A stretch of DNA of 64,000 nucleotides, from assembly GCA_965112155.1 (NCBI GenBank), contig OZ218105.1; one strand, given 5' to 3'. Numbering within the stretch: position 1 is the first letter of the stretch; each line of letters starts with the position of its first letter. Position numbers and translations under genes: made by a program. The notes below the pieces were generated by a model. The model saw only the letters and a list, made by a program, of their open reading frames with translations, was not told the origin of the DNA and searched no databases. Shown here piece after piece: positions 25,633 to 39,040 of this stretch. The DNA is from Podarcis liolepis. Lineage: Eukaryota.

Positions 25633-25903
25633 CGTTTAGTCGTGTCCGACTCTTCGTGACCCCCTGGACCAGAGCACACCAGGCACTCCTGTCTTCCACT
25701 GCCTCCCGCAGTTTGGTCAAACTCATGCTGGTAGCTTTGAGAACACTGTCCAACCATCTCGTCCTCTGTCGTCCCCTTCTCCTTGTGCCCTCCATCTTTC
25801 CCAACATCAGAGTCTTTTCCAGGGAGTCTTCTCTTCTCATGAGGTGGTCAAAGTATTGGAGCCTCAGCTTCACAATCTGTCCTTCCAGTGAGCACTCAGG
25901 GCT
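25633..25903 (-). mobile_element. RTE-BovB-type LINE 3' fragment
   Basis: SPECSLEGQIVKLRLQYFDHLMRREDSLEKTLMLGKMEGTRRRGRQRTRWLD...VTKSRTRLN. Confidence 0.9.
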
Positions 25904-26667
25904 CACTGAAAGGACAAAAAATGCAGCAATGCAATTAAAAAACGAATTGGGAAGCAATATATTCTCGCCCTTTTGGCCACCTATCGCTCTTCCATCTTCA
26001 ACGAATGAAGAGGAGCTATGACCACCAGCTAGCAAAGCTTTCATCCAGCCAGCTAGGGCGGTACAGGCAGTGCAAAGAAACAAACACAACAAATGCCTTT
26101 AAACTTTAGACATAGGGCGCTCGGCAAAGCGATAAGCTCCATCAGAATTTCATGCCATAAATATCCTTCCCAGCCGTCTCAACTGTTTCAGCAGTGGGAT
26201 TCTCTCTGCCTTGGTTGATTCTGCATCCATCCACATGGCTGGATGGCACTGTGCCCAGACACAAATTGGTCTGTTACCTTTTGGCATTAACCACCTTCCA
26301 GAGCAGGGAAGGGAGTGTGGGTGGGATGAAGACAACCAAAGAGGAAACAAGAGTCCTGCCTAGAGACATTCTCCTTCGAAAGCCACACCAGGTGCAGAGG
26401 GAGAAAATATAAAAAAAAGGATATTTGCACATGGGAAAATACATTCAGACACTGAAGGCTATTATATACATTAGAGAAAATGCACTGGGAGATCTTTCCA
26501 AAAAAGCCCCCCCCCCAAAAAAAAAGCATAAACAGGTGCACAGTGTCCATGCATCTGACATGCTTATGACAATCACTAATATCCAGAATTGGTGGTGTGA
26601 GTTAATCAACCCTTATTTACATTCCTAGGAAAGGCAGATAATGTGTGTTTGTGTGCATGCATGCATT

Positions 26668-26790
26668 AGAGCTGGCGATATATGGATACAACCTCCAAAA
26701 CCGGCCTGAACTCCAGATTGTGATATCCGTTTCATAATTTTTGACCTGGCAATATATCACGAGTCATGATGTGTGTGACTGCATGCAAGA
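26668..26790 (+). mobile_element. Truncated TAGGGCTG-family MITE
   Basis: TAGAGCTGGCGATATAT...TTTCATAATTTTTGACCTGGCAATATATCACGAGTCATGATGTGTGTG. Confidence 0.65.
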
Positions 26791-27017
26791 ACATGTGTGT
26801 TACGATCTGCATGCCCACGCACTGTATTCCTGTGAATCTTTTTAAAATCTCTGAGTAGGTATAACACTTCATCTAGAGGGTGATCACACAACATTTTCTT
26901 TTAATATTCTGTTTAAAAAGGGAGGGGGGGTAAAGGTAACATGGAAAAAAGTTCATTGGCTAACTGCAAGCAAGAATACTCTTAACTAAAAACAGCTTCC
27001 TGACATGTTTTTAATTA

Positions 27018-27236
27018 CAGTAGAACCTCTACCTATGACCGCCTCTACTTGGGCCTGATCCAAGTCGCGACCGTAGCAAACCCGGAAGTAAATACCGGGT
27101 TTGCCGCGGTTTGTGCATGCGCAGAAGCAGCTGTCACCGCCTGCACATGCGCACAATGGTGCTTCTACCAGCGACCCGTTTCGCCTAAAGGACAGGCCGC
27201 CGGAACAGATTATGGTGATAAGTAGAGGTTCCACTA
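27018..27236. mobile_element. Tigger-like MITE
   Basis: TA|CAGTAGAACCTCTAC...GTAGAGGTTCCACTA|TA. Confidence 0.8.
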
Positions 27237-27445
27237 TATTTGGTATGGTGGGGTGGGGGTTGGAGATCAGTTTTTCTCTTCGCTGTAAAATGCCACAATC
27301 CTCAGAAGTGGCCACAGAGCTATAACTTTGCTCTAGAATCCTGCAGAATTATGCAAGATGTGGATACCTGCCATGTGGTCTGCTAGACCATTCAGCCAAA
27401 GCTAATTATGCTGATTAAAGGTAATACAGGCAGCAATATCTAACT

Positions 27446-27668
27446 CAGGCATGTCCAATTTCGGGGGCCTAATCCAGCCCACTGGTTGGTTTAATCCGGC
27501 CCCTGTGGCAGTTTATTTCCTGAGGTAAAATCCAAAAAAAGCCTGGACAGCTTCAATCCTAAAAAAAAAAAAGTGCTCAACAACTTAGGGGTAAAATCAT
27601 TTAAAAAGCTCAAAGGCCCTTAACTTCATCAAATCTGGCCCTTTTTGAAAAAAGTTTGGACACCACTG
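27446..27668. mobile_element. hAT-type MITE
   Basis: CAGGCATGTCCAA...TTGGACACCACTG; perfect 8-bp TSD ATCTAACT. Confidence 0.85.
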
Positions 27669-28165
27669 ATCTAACTCATCCTTCCAAAGTTAACACAGAG
27701 GAGCCTAGTTTCAGTCTCCAACTACAATCCCCCCCTTCCCTGCCCTGCTGGTTGCGGTTCTTCATGAGCCAATAAAAGCCCTTGGTCAATTAATGGGAAA
27801 CCACTTGAAAAGTGATATGGGAAGATCCCAAGGTTTAGCCAGCTAAAAGGCGGAAGTGGACAGAGGGACGGAGGAAGACAGACTTAAAGCTGAAATAACT
27901 AGATCACAATGTGCTTTCAGCCTACTTCTATAATTTGACCAAAATTAATTTACCTTAGACGGCACACCTTCAGCTTTAAGAGGCATTTGAGAACTATTTG
28001 GGGACTTCTAAAGGTTTGAAAACCCATTGCTGTAGCACACAGTCCACTCAGCAACAGCTGGCACAGGGGATGGGGGGGGGGAATTGTGTCTGCTGGTCTC
28101 ATTCATTCGCTTTCAGATACGTTTTTAATGCTACAGGGGTGCTGTTGCCATTTCAGGCTATACAG

Positions 28166-28301
28166 CAGGCATCCCCAACCTGCGGCCCTCCAGATGTTTT
28201 GGCCTACAACTCCCATGATCCCGAGCTAAGAGGACCAGTGGTCAGGGATGATGGGAATTGTAGTCCAAAACTTCTGGAGGGCTGAAGGTTGGGGATGCCA
28301 C
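28166..28301. mobile_element. Palindromic hAT-like MITE (ACTACAACTCCCA family), followed by (CA)n to 28344
   Basis: CAGGCATCCCCAACC...GGTTGGGGATGCC fold-back. Confidence 0.85.
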
Positions 28302-28302
28302 G

Positions 28303-28345
<43 letters not shown>

Positions 28346-29693
28346 CCTCCTGCATGACTCTAAGTGGAAACTGTCTATACAACAGGCATGCACAACCTAC
28401 CAGGCCATGAACTACAAATCACACATACAGTTATGGGCATTTAAACCTCCAGCACTGGAAAGAAAATACAGCACCTTCCATGTTACAATGATTATTTTTT
28501 TAAAGCATTTGTTGTCCCTATTTGAGTCAGCTGTGCATCATCCAACATAAGGAAAAATAGGAAGGCATTTGGACAGCTTTTTTCGAGGCTCACGCTCAAG
28601 TGTCATCAGCCAAGTATACATGTTATTTTCCCCAGTTCATGTGCCAGAAAACTCCACAACCCACCTTGTTCTTCCTCCCTTGTTTGTAAATGTTGTCTTA
28701 TCCGCATCAAATTCCCCCTCCTCCTTTTGATTTCATTCTCAACATTTTCAATTAAAATTGAAAGCAAAACAATTCTGATCCACACAGTCCACGAGGTCCT
28801 GTGCTGTTTTACGACTTGTGTATGTTGTCAATCACCTGGAAGACCACAACAGACAAGCGGATGGATTGCAATGCACAGATCAGAAGACATAGGGGCCAGT
28901 TTCTACTCAATGGTGAGAGAGTTACTGTCGTAGAGAGAATGCCGCCCGCATGGTTTCTGTCTGTACTGCTTTGCTTGCGCCACCCCCACCCTTCATGCCC
29001 CAGCATTATGCCACACAAACGTAAATCCATTTCGTAAGGCCACAGGCCTTATTATTTGTCCAGGCATGAACACCCATGAAGCTTCATGCAACCTAGTTTG
29101 GAGAGTCTACCCTGCTACATACTTTCCTCCTGCAGGGTGCATGGCACAGGCCCCGAGGTGGAGACAAACTTGTTTTGCAGGTTCAAATACGCATAGACAC
29201 CTCTCCTATTCTATTGTCACAAAACGTTCAAGGAGGAGTGGGCAAGCCAAGAAAGCAAGGTTTAATCCTCCTTTAAAAAACAAAACACACACACACAAGA
29301 AACATCTTACCAGCTTGCTGGCTTGGACCCAAGCAATCCAACCTGCTTATCTACATCGGAGGGTGCTAGGAAGAACCTTCATTTGAGTCAGCATAGCTGC
29401 TACTGCCGCTACATTACGACATCAAGCATAATCCCCACTATACTGAGCAGAGTCAAGTATTCTATAAAATCCAGAGCAGCTATAAATAAGGAGTCATCAG
29501 AAACCAATGGAGGGAATGATGGTTCCTCACTTCCTAGGGCTCATAGAACTTTTATTTAGGAGCGACACACTCACTTACTCCTGCAGCTTCTCGCGGGAGC
29601 TTATTCCACTACACCCCCCCCACCGGGGGGGGGGGCTGACCCATTCCCCTCACTGGCATTGCAGTGTAATTGAAGAAAGGCAAGGCTCAAGAG

Positions 29694-30008
29694 CAGGGGA
29701 CAGCAAACTTTTTCACCCAGTCCACTGCCCCTCAGACCTTGTGGGGGGCCAGACTATATTTGGGGGAGGGGAAATAAACGAACTCCTATGCCCCACAAGT
29801 AACCCAGAGATGCATTTTAAATAAAAACACACATTCTACTCATGTAAAAACACCAGCCAGGCCCCACAAATAACCCAGAGATGTGTTTTCAATAAAAGGA
29901 CACATTCTACTCATGTAAAAATACGCTGATTCCCGGACCGTCCGCGGACCAGATTTAGAAGGCGATTGGGCCGGATCCAGCCCCTGGCCCTTAGTTTGCC
30001 TACCCATG
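29694..30008 (+). mobile_element. hAT-type MITE with internal tandem duplication
   Basis: CAGGGGACAGCAAAC...GTTTGCCTACCCATG; TSD CTCAAGAG. Confidence 0.88.
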
Positions 30009-31476
30009 CTCAAGAGGATGCATGATACAACCGACGACCACACCAGCACAAGTTACTGGCACAGAGGAGCAATGTTAGAAATTAGCCAGGCACATTCTGC
30101 AACTGGGACAGGTGCAATTGCGACCATGTGAAGATCTCTCTGGGCAACTGGGGAAAGCAAAATGTCACTTAGAGAAGGATCTGACATACTATCACCGAAG
30201 CTTGGTTTTATTTTATTCTGGATTGTTTTATTCGATATTTTCATGTAAGCCGCCTGGGTTCTTAAGAGAGCCACCATTAGGCAGCTGAGATGACACTGGG
30301 CTACATAAACCCACAGTACGATGGGGTGTGTGAAGCTGTCTTATCCTAAAGGCCCTTTAAGTGACTGCCTAGTTGTGCCGGAAGCAAACAGAGACAGATA
30401 CACACATTTCATTATAGAAACTGACCCTCTTAGGACAAGAGACCAAATGCATTAATTTTTGACGCAGCTTCATGATGATATACATGCCTAATTAAAATGC
30501 AATATAGAGAGCTACGAGGGAACTGCTAAACCCAAATTAGGGCACACAAAATATCTCAAGTGCAATGTGTTCGCCAGCGGTGGCTCTACCACAAATCACA
30601 TAAAACATTAGAAGCATTCAAATATATGACACTTCTCTACAGCGCTCTCAGCTAGCCCATGATTTGTATGGCCTTCGCGGCAGCTGCACACCTCTCTTCT
30701 CTCACTTTGAGCAGAGGAATACTGTCTTTCTGGGTCCAGCGGGGACGAAAAATAAATAAATTAAAAGCATGAACCATTAGACGCAGACATTTCCACAAAC
30801 AATATTTATGAAAGTTTCCTAGATGCTTGGAGAGTTATTCTTCAGTCTGCCCAGACCAAATTTTCCTAGGAAGTAGGAAGTAAGGGCTTTAAAGCAGTAT
30901 TTAACGCCAGCCTTCCTGTGTTCTTTCCACCACTCCAAAAATAAAAAAAAATCAAACACCCAATTTATCCTTGTTTTCAAGGAACGCCAGATCTAATTTC
31001 CTGGGCTGCCTGGCAACAGGGTTTATTACATTTGTAATCTCTCCTTGAATCTGCATTTCCCCTCCTCCCTGGTCCTTCTTAAATCCCCTTGTGAGTTCTG
31101 AAACAGCTGATATTGTTAGCCTTGGCTTTTTATTAATAAACCCTCAGCCTCTCTTAAAAAATTCTCCTCTCCTTAAAAAAATTATTTCATTTAGGGAAAC
31201 ATCTCACTGACCAGCCTCTGTTCTTAAACCACATAAAACATTACACTGCACTTCACACAAAATAGTTGTAAGCAAGACTCTAATTAGCTTTTTATAAAAA
31301 ATACAGCTGATGTGGGTTGTTCGTGTTTTTTTTTAAAAAAAGCCAAAAGCCGTTGCGCTTGCTTATGTGCACAGAGAAAAGCTACTCCAGGCCAATAAAT
31401 GGTAACTTTCTTTTAAAGAGCAAAAACCTCCCTCAAGTCAACAACAAACAATAGTTGTCTGATGTAAAAAGAGACA

Positions 31477-32072
31477 GAATCAAAGAATCACAGAATTGTA
31501 AAGTTGGAAGGAGTTCCGAGGGTCATCTAGTCCAACCCCCTGCAAATTCAGGAATCTCAACTAGTTCATGCATGACAGATGGCTATCCAACCTCTGTTTA
31601 AAAACCTCCAAGGAAGGAGAGTCCACCACCTTCCAACAGAGTCTGTTCTACTCGAGACCAACTCTTCCCATCAGAAAGTTCTTCCTGATGTTTAGTTGGA
31701 ATCTCCTTCCTTGAAGCCATTGATTCGAGTCCTAACCTCCAGAGCAGGAGAACGCAAGCTTGCTCCAGCTTCCGTGTGGCAGCCCTTGAGATATTTGAAG
31801 ATGTCTCCTCTCAGTCTCCTCTTATCCAGACTAAACATACCAAACTCCCTCAAACATTCCTCATAAGGCCCCTAATCATCCAAGGTTGCCCTCTGCAGAC
31901 GTTCCAGCTTATCAATATCCTCCTTAAATTGTGGCACTGTAATGCAGCTGTGGTCTGACCATGGCAAAACAGAGTTAATACTATGGCTTCCCTTGATTGG
32001 GGATCTATATTTCTTTTGATGCAGCCTAGAATAGCATTAGCCTTTTTTGCTGCTGCATCACACTATTGACAC
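31477..32072 (-). mobile_element. CR1 LINE 3' fragment
   Basis: AGAATCA repeats at the tail; reverse-complement similarity to 10117-10800. Confidence 0.85.
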
Positions 32073-32223
32073 ACTATTCAGGAGGGTCCTTTTATTCTCA
32101 AGAGGAGGCTTTGGAGGAGGGGGAGGGCAAGGAACAGGATAACTAACTTGGGATCCAAGACTTTTAGCTTCCCAGTAGTCAGTCCACATGTTCAACTCGA
32201 ATTCATCAAGCAATGGGAAGTTA

Positions 32224-32351
32224 AGCTCTAGCTCATTCGGTAGAGAGCAAGACTGTTTATCTCAGGGTCCCGCGTTGGCCAAAAGATTCCTGCCTAGCAG
32301 GCATTGGGCTACGTGAATCTTCTGTTCCCCCTTCCAACTCTGATTCTATGA
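32224..32351 (+). mobile_element. tRNA-Lys-like SINE with CR1-like tail (degenerate)
   Basis: TAGCTCATTCGGTAGAG...ATCTCAGGGTC...CGTTGG then GATTCCTGC...CCCTTCCAACTCTGATTCTATGA. Confidence 0.65.
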
Positions 32352-32927
32352 AACAGCCCAAGAGTGGTGCAGAAGGAGACCACAGGCTGCATTCTTGACA
32401 CTTTTACATAAAAGCATTCACACAACAACAAGGAGCAGACTGGCTGCATAGGTCCGTGGGATTCACCCCTACCCTGCTTCAGTTAAGTCCACTGTTACCC
32501 AGCATCTGCAAATGTTAAAGAAATGACTAGTCCATCATATTAGAGTTGCCGCCAGCAGAATCTGAACGCATTTCCTCCTGGAGGTCCCCAGAGAAACCAC
32601 ACACCCCACCTATTTCCTCTCTTACTTTCAAGAGTCAGAAGTGGCCTGTTGCTTTAGGCAGAGATTGGATGCAAGGCAGATTACAGGCACAGGGTGTTCC
32701 TTAGAAAGTGAAATACCGAGAGCTACAGCCCTAGATATTGCTTTCCCTTCTTCTCTCCCAGCTCTGGTTTGCGTTCAGTGCAGAACACAAGAGGCAGCTC
32801 ATACTAATGTCAACTCAACATCTGTTTCTTAGGAAGTTAATCCCTCTATCATCTACTTCATATAAAAATAAAAATTATCCATTATCCTCATTAGACATCT
32901 CACACAACCCCTACAGAACTCATAAGA

Positions 32928-33065
32928 ACAACAACAACAATAGTAATAATATTTATGCCCCTCCCATCTGGCTGGGTTTCACCAGCCACTCTGGGCGACT
33001 CCCAACAGAACATTTAAAACACCATAAAACATCAAACATTAAAAACTTCCCTAAACTTCCCTAAA
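32928..33065 (-). mobile_element. L2-type LINE extreme 3' end
   Basis: CCCATCTGGCTGGG...GCCACTCTGGGCG matches the other L2 tails. Confidence 0.75.
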
Positions 33066-33250
33066 AATAAAATAAAAGCATAATACAATAAAAATAATGC
33101 AATGAATCTTGGAAATGCAGCCCAGCAGAAAACTCCAACCCAAAACAAGGACAACAAAGCACAATTTACAGCAGCAAACCCAGAGGAACTTTTATGCAAT
33201 GCCAGAGGATGAACATACAATTATTACAGAGTGACAAGCTTTTAGAATTA

Positions 33251-33492
33251 CAGTGGAACCTTGGTTCTCGAACTTAATCCGTTCCAGAAATCCATCCGAC
33301 TCCTGAAACTGTTCGAAAACCAAGGTGCGGCTTCCGACTGGCTGCAGGAGCTTCCTGCAGTCAAGCGGAAGCCGCGTCGGACATTCAGCTTCCGAAAAAC
33401 GTTCAAAAGCCAAAACACTCACTTCTGGGTTTTTGGCGTTTCGGAGCCGATTTGTTCGTCAACTAAGCCGTTCGAGAACCAAGGTTCCACTG
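33251..33492. mobile_element. Tigger-like MITE
   Basis: Perfect 23-bp TIR CAGTGGAACCTTGGTTCTCGAAC; TA TSD. Confidence 0.92.
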
Positions 33493-33651
33493 TATCACAG
33501 AAAAGACAAAATCCGGCTACTGGCTCTGTAAGTGAAATAAATTTTGAAATCAAGCACAGTTAATTTTCTGCTGGTGGTTTTTGTTGCAGTTAAATAATTT
33601 ATCGTAGCCCCTGAAAAGACCCCAAAATCATTTCAAAATTGTATTACAAGC

Positions 33652-33758
33652 TATAGAATCATATAGTCTAACCCCCTGCAATGCAGATCTTTTGCCCAAT
33701 GTGAGGCTTGAACCCACAGCCCTGAGATTAAGTGTCTCATGCTCTGCTGACTGAGATG
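33652..33758 (-). mobile_element. tRNA-Lys-like SINE with CR1-like tail
   Basis: Reverse complement reads TCTCAGTCAGCAGAGCATGAGACACTTAATCTCAGGGCTGTGGGTTCAAGCCTCACATTGGGC + CR1-like tail. Confidence 0.7.
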
Positions 33759-35483
33759 TCAAAGCCTATAATATACATACCACTGAAAACAAGGCAGAAG
33801 TTACAAAAAATAATTATTAACAAAGGGTCCAGACAGCTTTCCAACATAAGAGTACTGTATATATCATTCCAAACCGTTGAAGTCTTGGACGCGAAAGGGG
33901 AGCTTAGCGAGATCTCCAAGGTTGAGAGAGCAATCCAGAGCACTGCTCAAATCCTCAATCACTAGAAGCTGGATTATGCAAAGTGGTTTTAATACATGTA
34001 ATTTTGGTTACTCATAATTTCACTTCGCATGGTGCAGAATTGATTTTTTTTTTTAAGGGAACAAGTACACATAATCCTCCTTACAAAATGCATTGAAAAC
34101 ACAGGTGTGTTGACCATGATCAAAAGGACTGAGGTGTATAAAATGAAAACATTACAGTCCAACTTCGCTCTACTGAAACCCTTCTTTCACTCCATATTGT
34201 TTTACGTCATTACGAAAAGCTGCCCGCCATCTTGTAATGGGATCCAGGCTAGAGGAATAGAATCAGGATTTTTAAAATCAACTGACAGGCTTCCTTTTCT
34301 TGTATATTCTTCCTGCAGAATTCATTCACGGCATCAAGTGTCTGGCCTTACAGTTGAAGCAAACAGCTCACCACTTGATGTGCACGGAAGATTATATATG
34401 CACACATCTTCAAGTCAATAATCAATAAGATACAGTTATAATTACACTGTGTGATCCAATGAAGTCTTCCATACTCTCCAAAGTAATCAGTTCCCATGGG
34501 ACTAGTATAGGAAAGATCTCAACGACAGAATGTTGCACTATGGATCAAACGATGGAAAGAGATATGCGCACTAAGAAACTGGGGAGAGAATCTAAATATA
34601 AATTCTTCACTTGCCTGCAAAACCTTTCACTCAGAAGACCTGTATTCTACAGATACAACACAGACCAACCCACCTCTCACAAGTTAACAGGACAGACAAA
34701 ATGTTCACAATGGTCATAACCATATCCTGTACTCCATTGGGTGTGTCAAAAAATAAATAAAAATAGTTCTCTCCTTCAGAAAGAAAACCTGGAGATCTTC
34801 CAAGTGTTGGAGGTAAACCGCGGGGGGGGGGGGGGAGAAGGCAAAGAACAGGCTTCTGGGGCCTTTTATACCATCGAACAAAGCAAATCACACTGGACAA
34901 ATTTCGGGTGCAATGTTCTCTCTCAGTTTTAAACAAAACAAATTAGAACAATTGCAGCTTCAGTTTGTAACCCAAGATGCAGACTTATTCCTGTCAGGAC
35001 TGTGAGAGCTATACTCGCAGGAGGAACCAACAAAAAAGCTAAACTGAGCAATAAATTGAGACCAATTTTATCAGGTTGCAAGTTCAAACCACATTTGCTT
35101 AATTATCAGAGTTACTCCGCTTCTGTGGAGTTACTGTAAACAGGCACCGAGTCAAAATATTAAAAGATGGCATTTCCCCAATCAGGAGTGGCAGTATTTG
35201 TGTATTAAACAGCAAATCCATGGTTTCAATTTCATATATTCAGTAGGTCACCGAAAGATTAAGGTTTGGGCAGTATTCAGCTTTTATCTTTTTCTTCAGC
35301 CAATTGGCCAGGTGTGCTATGAACTCTACTGCTCACAGGGCTTAGCCCCAGGCGTGAGTTTTCAGCACCAAACACACTGCTGAGGAAACCTCACCTGCAG
35401 CATATTTACTGAGAGGAAGTGTTCAGATTAAAATATGAAGTTCCTGCAGAGATTTGATCCTTGCCACTTATTTTGTTTACAAG

Positions 35484-35603
35484 CAGGGATGAGGAACTTG
35501 TGGCCCTCTAGACATTGCTGAACTATAATACCTATCAGCCCCAACAGGAGCAATGGGTGATGGGAGTTGTAGTCCAACCATATCTGGAAGTTCCCAAACT
35601 CTG
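35484..35603. mobile_element. Palindromic hAT-like MITE, degenerate
   Basis: ...GATGGGAGTTGTAGTCCAA... arm with CAGGG/CTCTG ends. Confidence 0.65.
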
Positions 35604-38600
35604 GTTTATTTTCCTACTAAAACTAACCCCAAAAAACCCCCAGACTTTCCTTACAAGACTTGCTTTCTGAACCTTAACTTTTCCACAGAACCCCTTTCCT
35701 CAGCATCCCTCTCGAACGGTGGTTGCCCAAAACTATTCTCATTTTTTACTCACATACAGAGCAATCTGTAAACAGGCCCCAAGGAAGCAGTGGAAGTTTT
35801 CATTTAAGCCCAATTCTCACTACCTTCCCAGAGCACACACACATTTTCTTAAAGGCCTTCACTTGCTCACAAGCTCAGCCTGCCCTCCCCCTTGTCCACT
35901 CCTGAATGTGAGAACTTCCTGCACTCAGAACAACATGAATAGACCTGGCAGCTAGTCAAGGAGATAGTACAGGCCTATGAATGCCCCGAATTCAGCTTCT
36001 GTGCAGCCGCTAAATTAAAAGCAATTCAGAGGCTTCACAAAGGCTAGGCTATTTAATGGATTCAGCCTTTTATTTGATAATATAATTAGGCAGCATACAA
36101 ATGAAAAGGGGAAAAAAGAGGGCTCTTTCCAAGTGTCTGTGCCGAACAAGAATACCCAGTGACTTCTCCCGACACTCTTCCCTTTTCCTCGAGACGATGC
36201 CATTATCGCAATCCTGCAATACATTTTTAAAGTCAAGATAGGGTCTGAAGAAAACTTGCAGAAAGGGTTCGTGGGCATGTGTTACAACGCTGGCAGGATA
36301 TTTTGAAAAGCGTCCTTCCCCTGTCCCAAAAAGCTCTGAACAAAGTCCTACAAAGGCTTACACACACACACACACACACACGTCCATTCCTGTTTATTTG
36401 GCTAAAATGATGCACAGGCTAACAAGAAACCCTACTTCATACATTTTTCTAGATCAGAGAGAGATGACTTCCGGACTGCGTGCCCTAGATGTGATACCAG
36501 TCTTTAACACACAAACCTCAGCGAGGCAAGAGACCAAGAATTTGAGCTTCCTATTGAGAGAGAGAGAGGAGTGGTGGCAATATCTTCAACTGGGTCAACA
36601 AGAAGAATCAGAACACCCCATCAGCCATTTTCCACAGCAAGCCAAAAATGTGCATACATGCTATTACAATGCTGCTCTGCAAGTGACAAAACATGGCCAT
36701 TTTAAACTGTCTACAAGTCAGTCACAAATGCACACTCAACCACACCCTAGCCAATTCTACTTGGGATCCAACAGGACATTTAACAGCCATACCTACTCCC
36801 GCCACGACATCTGTGCGTTTAGCGTCCTGTTTTGAACTAAAAAATAAATAGCACATGTAATGACAAATCTGTTTCCTCAGTCATGAAAGCAAAACAGGTC
36901 ACTTGCGGCTGCTCTTGCAACTGCTTCTCAAAACACAGCTGCCACGCAGGAATCACTCAAAATGGCCTCTCTGCTGTAGCTGTGGCACGAAGCCTGACAT
37001 TCAGGTGCCACACCTTGCTGTCAGGATCAGGCCCCCCATTGTGTGGTTTGTTTCCACAACACAGCCAAAGTTTCATCAATGTGGACAGGGAAACCAAGTA
37101 TGCAGTGGTGGGTTGATACATGGTGGAAATACAGCCCCTTGTGGACATTTGGCCACAGGGAACAGCCACCACCCGCTGGAATTTTCCGGAAGGTTCCATG
37201 GGGCAGTGGCAGCCATAATATGAGGAAAATATATTAATTGCGCTTGAAAAGGAGAGCACTGCTGTCTCAAGAACATGCCCAAGATCACATTGGGTTGATT
37301 AATTGCTTCTTTCACAATAGGCCCTACTTCAGTTGAGATGACTAAACTACATAATGCATGCTTATACATGAAGGGAACAATCTGTGAGTACAGATGGCAG
37401 AAATTCTAACACAATGGCTCAAATACTGCGCATGTAGCCTCAAAGAGGCTTGGAATCATAGAACTGTAGAGCTGGAAAGGACCCTGAGGACCACCTAGTT
37501 CAACCTTGCAAGGCAGGAATATGCAGCTATCCCCATCAAACCTGCAACCTTGGCGTTACAACTGGTCCTGTGCTCCTCAAGATTAGGCCTGTTCCCCAGT
37601 TTAGAAGTTCAACTGCTTTTAGGCAAGCTAGACAGTAGCAAGTCCGATACAGCAACCTCTCAGAAAGTGATTTAGTGTGACATAGTTAGAAATGCAAATA
37701 GGACAGGTACATTCTTACTCAGCAGTCCAAAAATGGGAGTCTCTCTCTCTCCCTCCCCAAACACTATGCAATTAAATAGTGACATTCAGTGCTTGCCAAT
37801 TCATTACCTCCCAACTTCTCAGTGGTTGTTTGCAGAGCATGCACTGCCTTCTTATTCAGCCACGTCCTCTGATAGTGGGGGAATATCTATCCACAAGACA
37901 CTGTCCGCATGATTTCTAATTCCACCTGCTTCGCAGGGGGATTTTTCCAAGTGCTATCGCATGCAGGACCTTGTTTACAACTTAATGTTTTTAAAAATGT
38001 GCAAAGGAACTAAACTACCAACTGAGTGAGGAGTGAGGAATCACAGGGAACAAAGAAGATGAGCAGGGCAGGACCAGCAGGCAGCATCAAGAATTGCCTT
38101 GTGTACTTATAATCATTGGGTTCCCCACCCCCGAGTTGGCCTTCACACTCACGGAAGGCTCCAATCCAAGTCAAATCCCAACAGGGCTGGGGGCTCATGA
38201 CATCTCCTTCCCGCCACCCCCAAATCTTCTCCAAAGAGTTGGGAGACCGTTCAGAAAGGTATGAGAAGTGGCATGGAGAGGTGACTCCTGTTCCACTAAC
38301 AGAAACCTCCCCTGGATCAATGGACCTTTCCCCAACACCAAGAGGGAAACAGAGAAATACCAGTAATTGTTTTCACAGAGTATTTACACTTTTGCACTTT
38401 CGTAAACCCTTCAAACAGCGTATAAGGCAGCTCATATTCTTTGAAAGTAGTAGAGGAAGTTCAGTTAGGAGAAGGCACAAAGTAGACCTGATCAAACAGC
38501 CCATAAGTATCTGCACCAACAGCCAAGTACAGAATAAAACATGAATATCTAGCTTTATACTTTTATTGAAAACGCCTGGCCTCTCCAAAGCAGTGCAGCA

Positions 38601-38903
38601 TGACCCATTTGAACACTTTTCAAGCTAGTTTCCAGACAAAGTTAGTCACACTTCAGTTCCATTGACTAACACGTGACTAACTTAGTTTGGATCCAATCCA
38701 TAATAAAAGAGCTCTGCCACAGTGCTCTTTCCCCACACTGACCAGGCAAATACCTTCAGGAAGTGCACTACCAGAGCATGAAACCAACAGCCATCTTTCG
38801 TTGAAAGGCCCATTGGTAGCAGATATTTAGATGTTTACCATCTCTGAACCTGGGAGGCTCCGTACAGTTGACTAGCAATGACTGGTGAATCCAAGAATTT
38901 ATC

Positions 38904-39040
38904 CAAGGGTTTCCCAAACTTGGGTCTCCAACTGTTGTTGGACTACAACTCCCATCATCCCAAGCAAGCAGGATCAGTGGCCAGGGATGATGGGAACTGT
39001 AGTCCAACAACAGCTGGAGACCCAAGTTTGGGAAACCCTG
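38904..39040. mobile_element. Palindromic hAT-like MITE (ACTACAACTCCCA family)
   Basis: AGGGTTTCCCAAACTTGGGTCTCCA...TGGAGACCCAAGTTTGGGAAACCCTG near-perfect fold-back. Confidence 0.88.

Noticed and set aside
33690-33758. tRNA-Lys gene (also 32224-32280)
   Set aside because: Mutated stems and fused to a CR1-like tail; a SINE head rather than a functional tRNA
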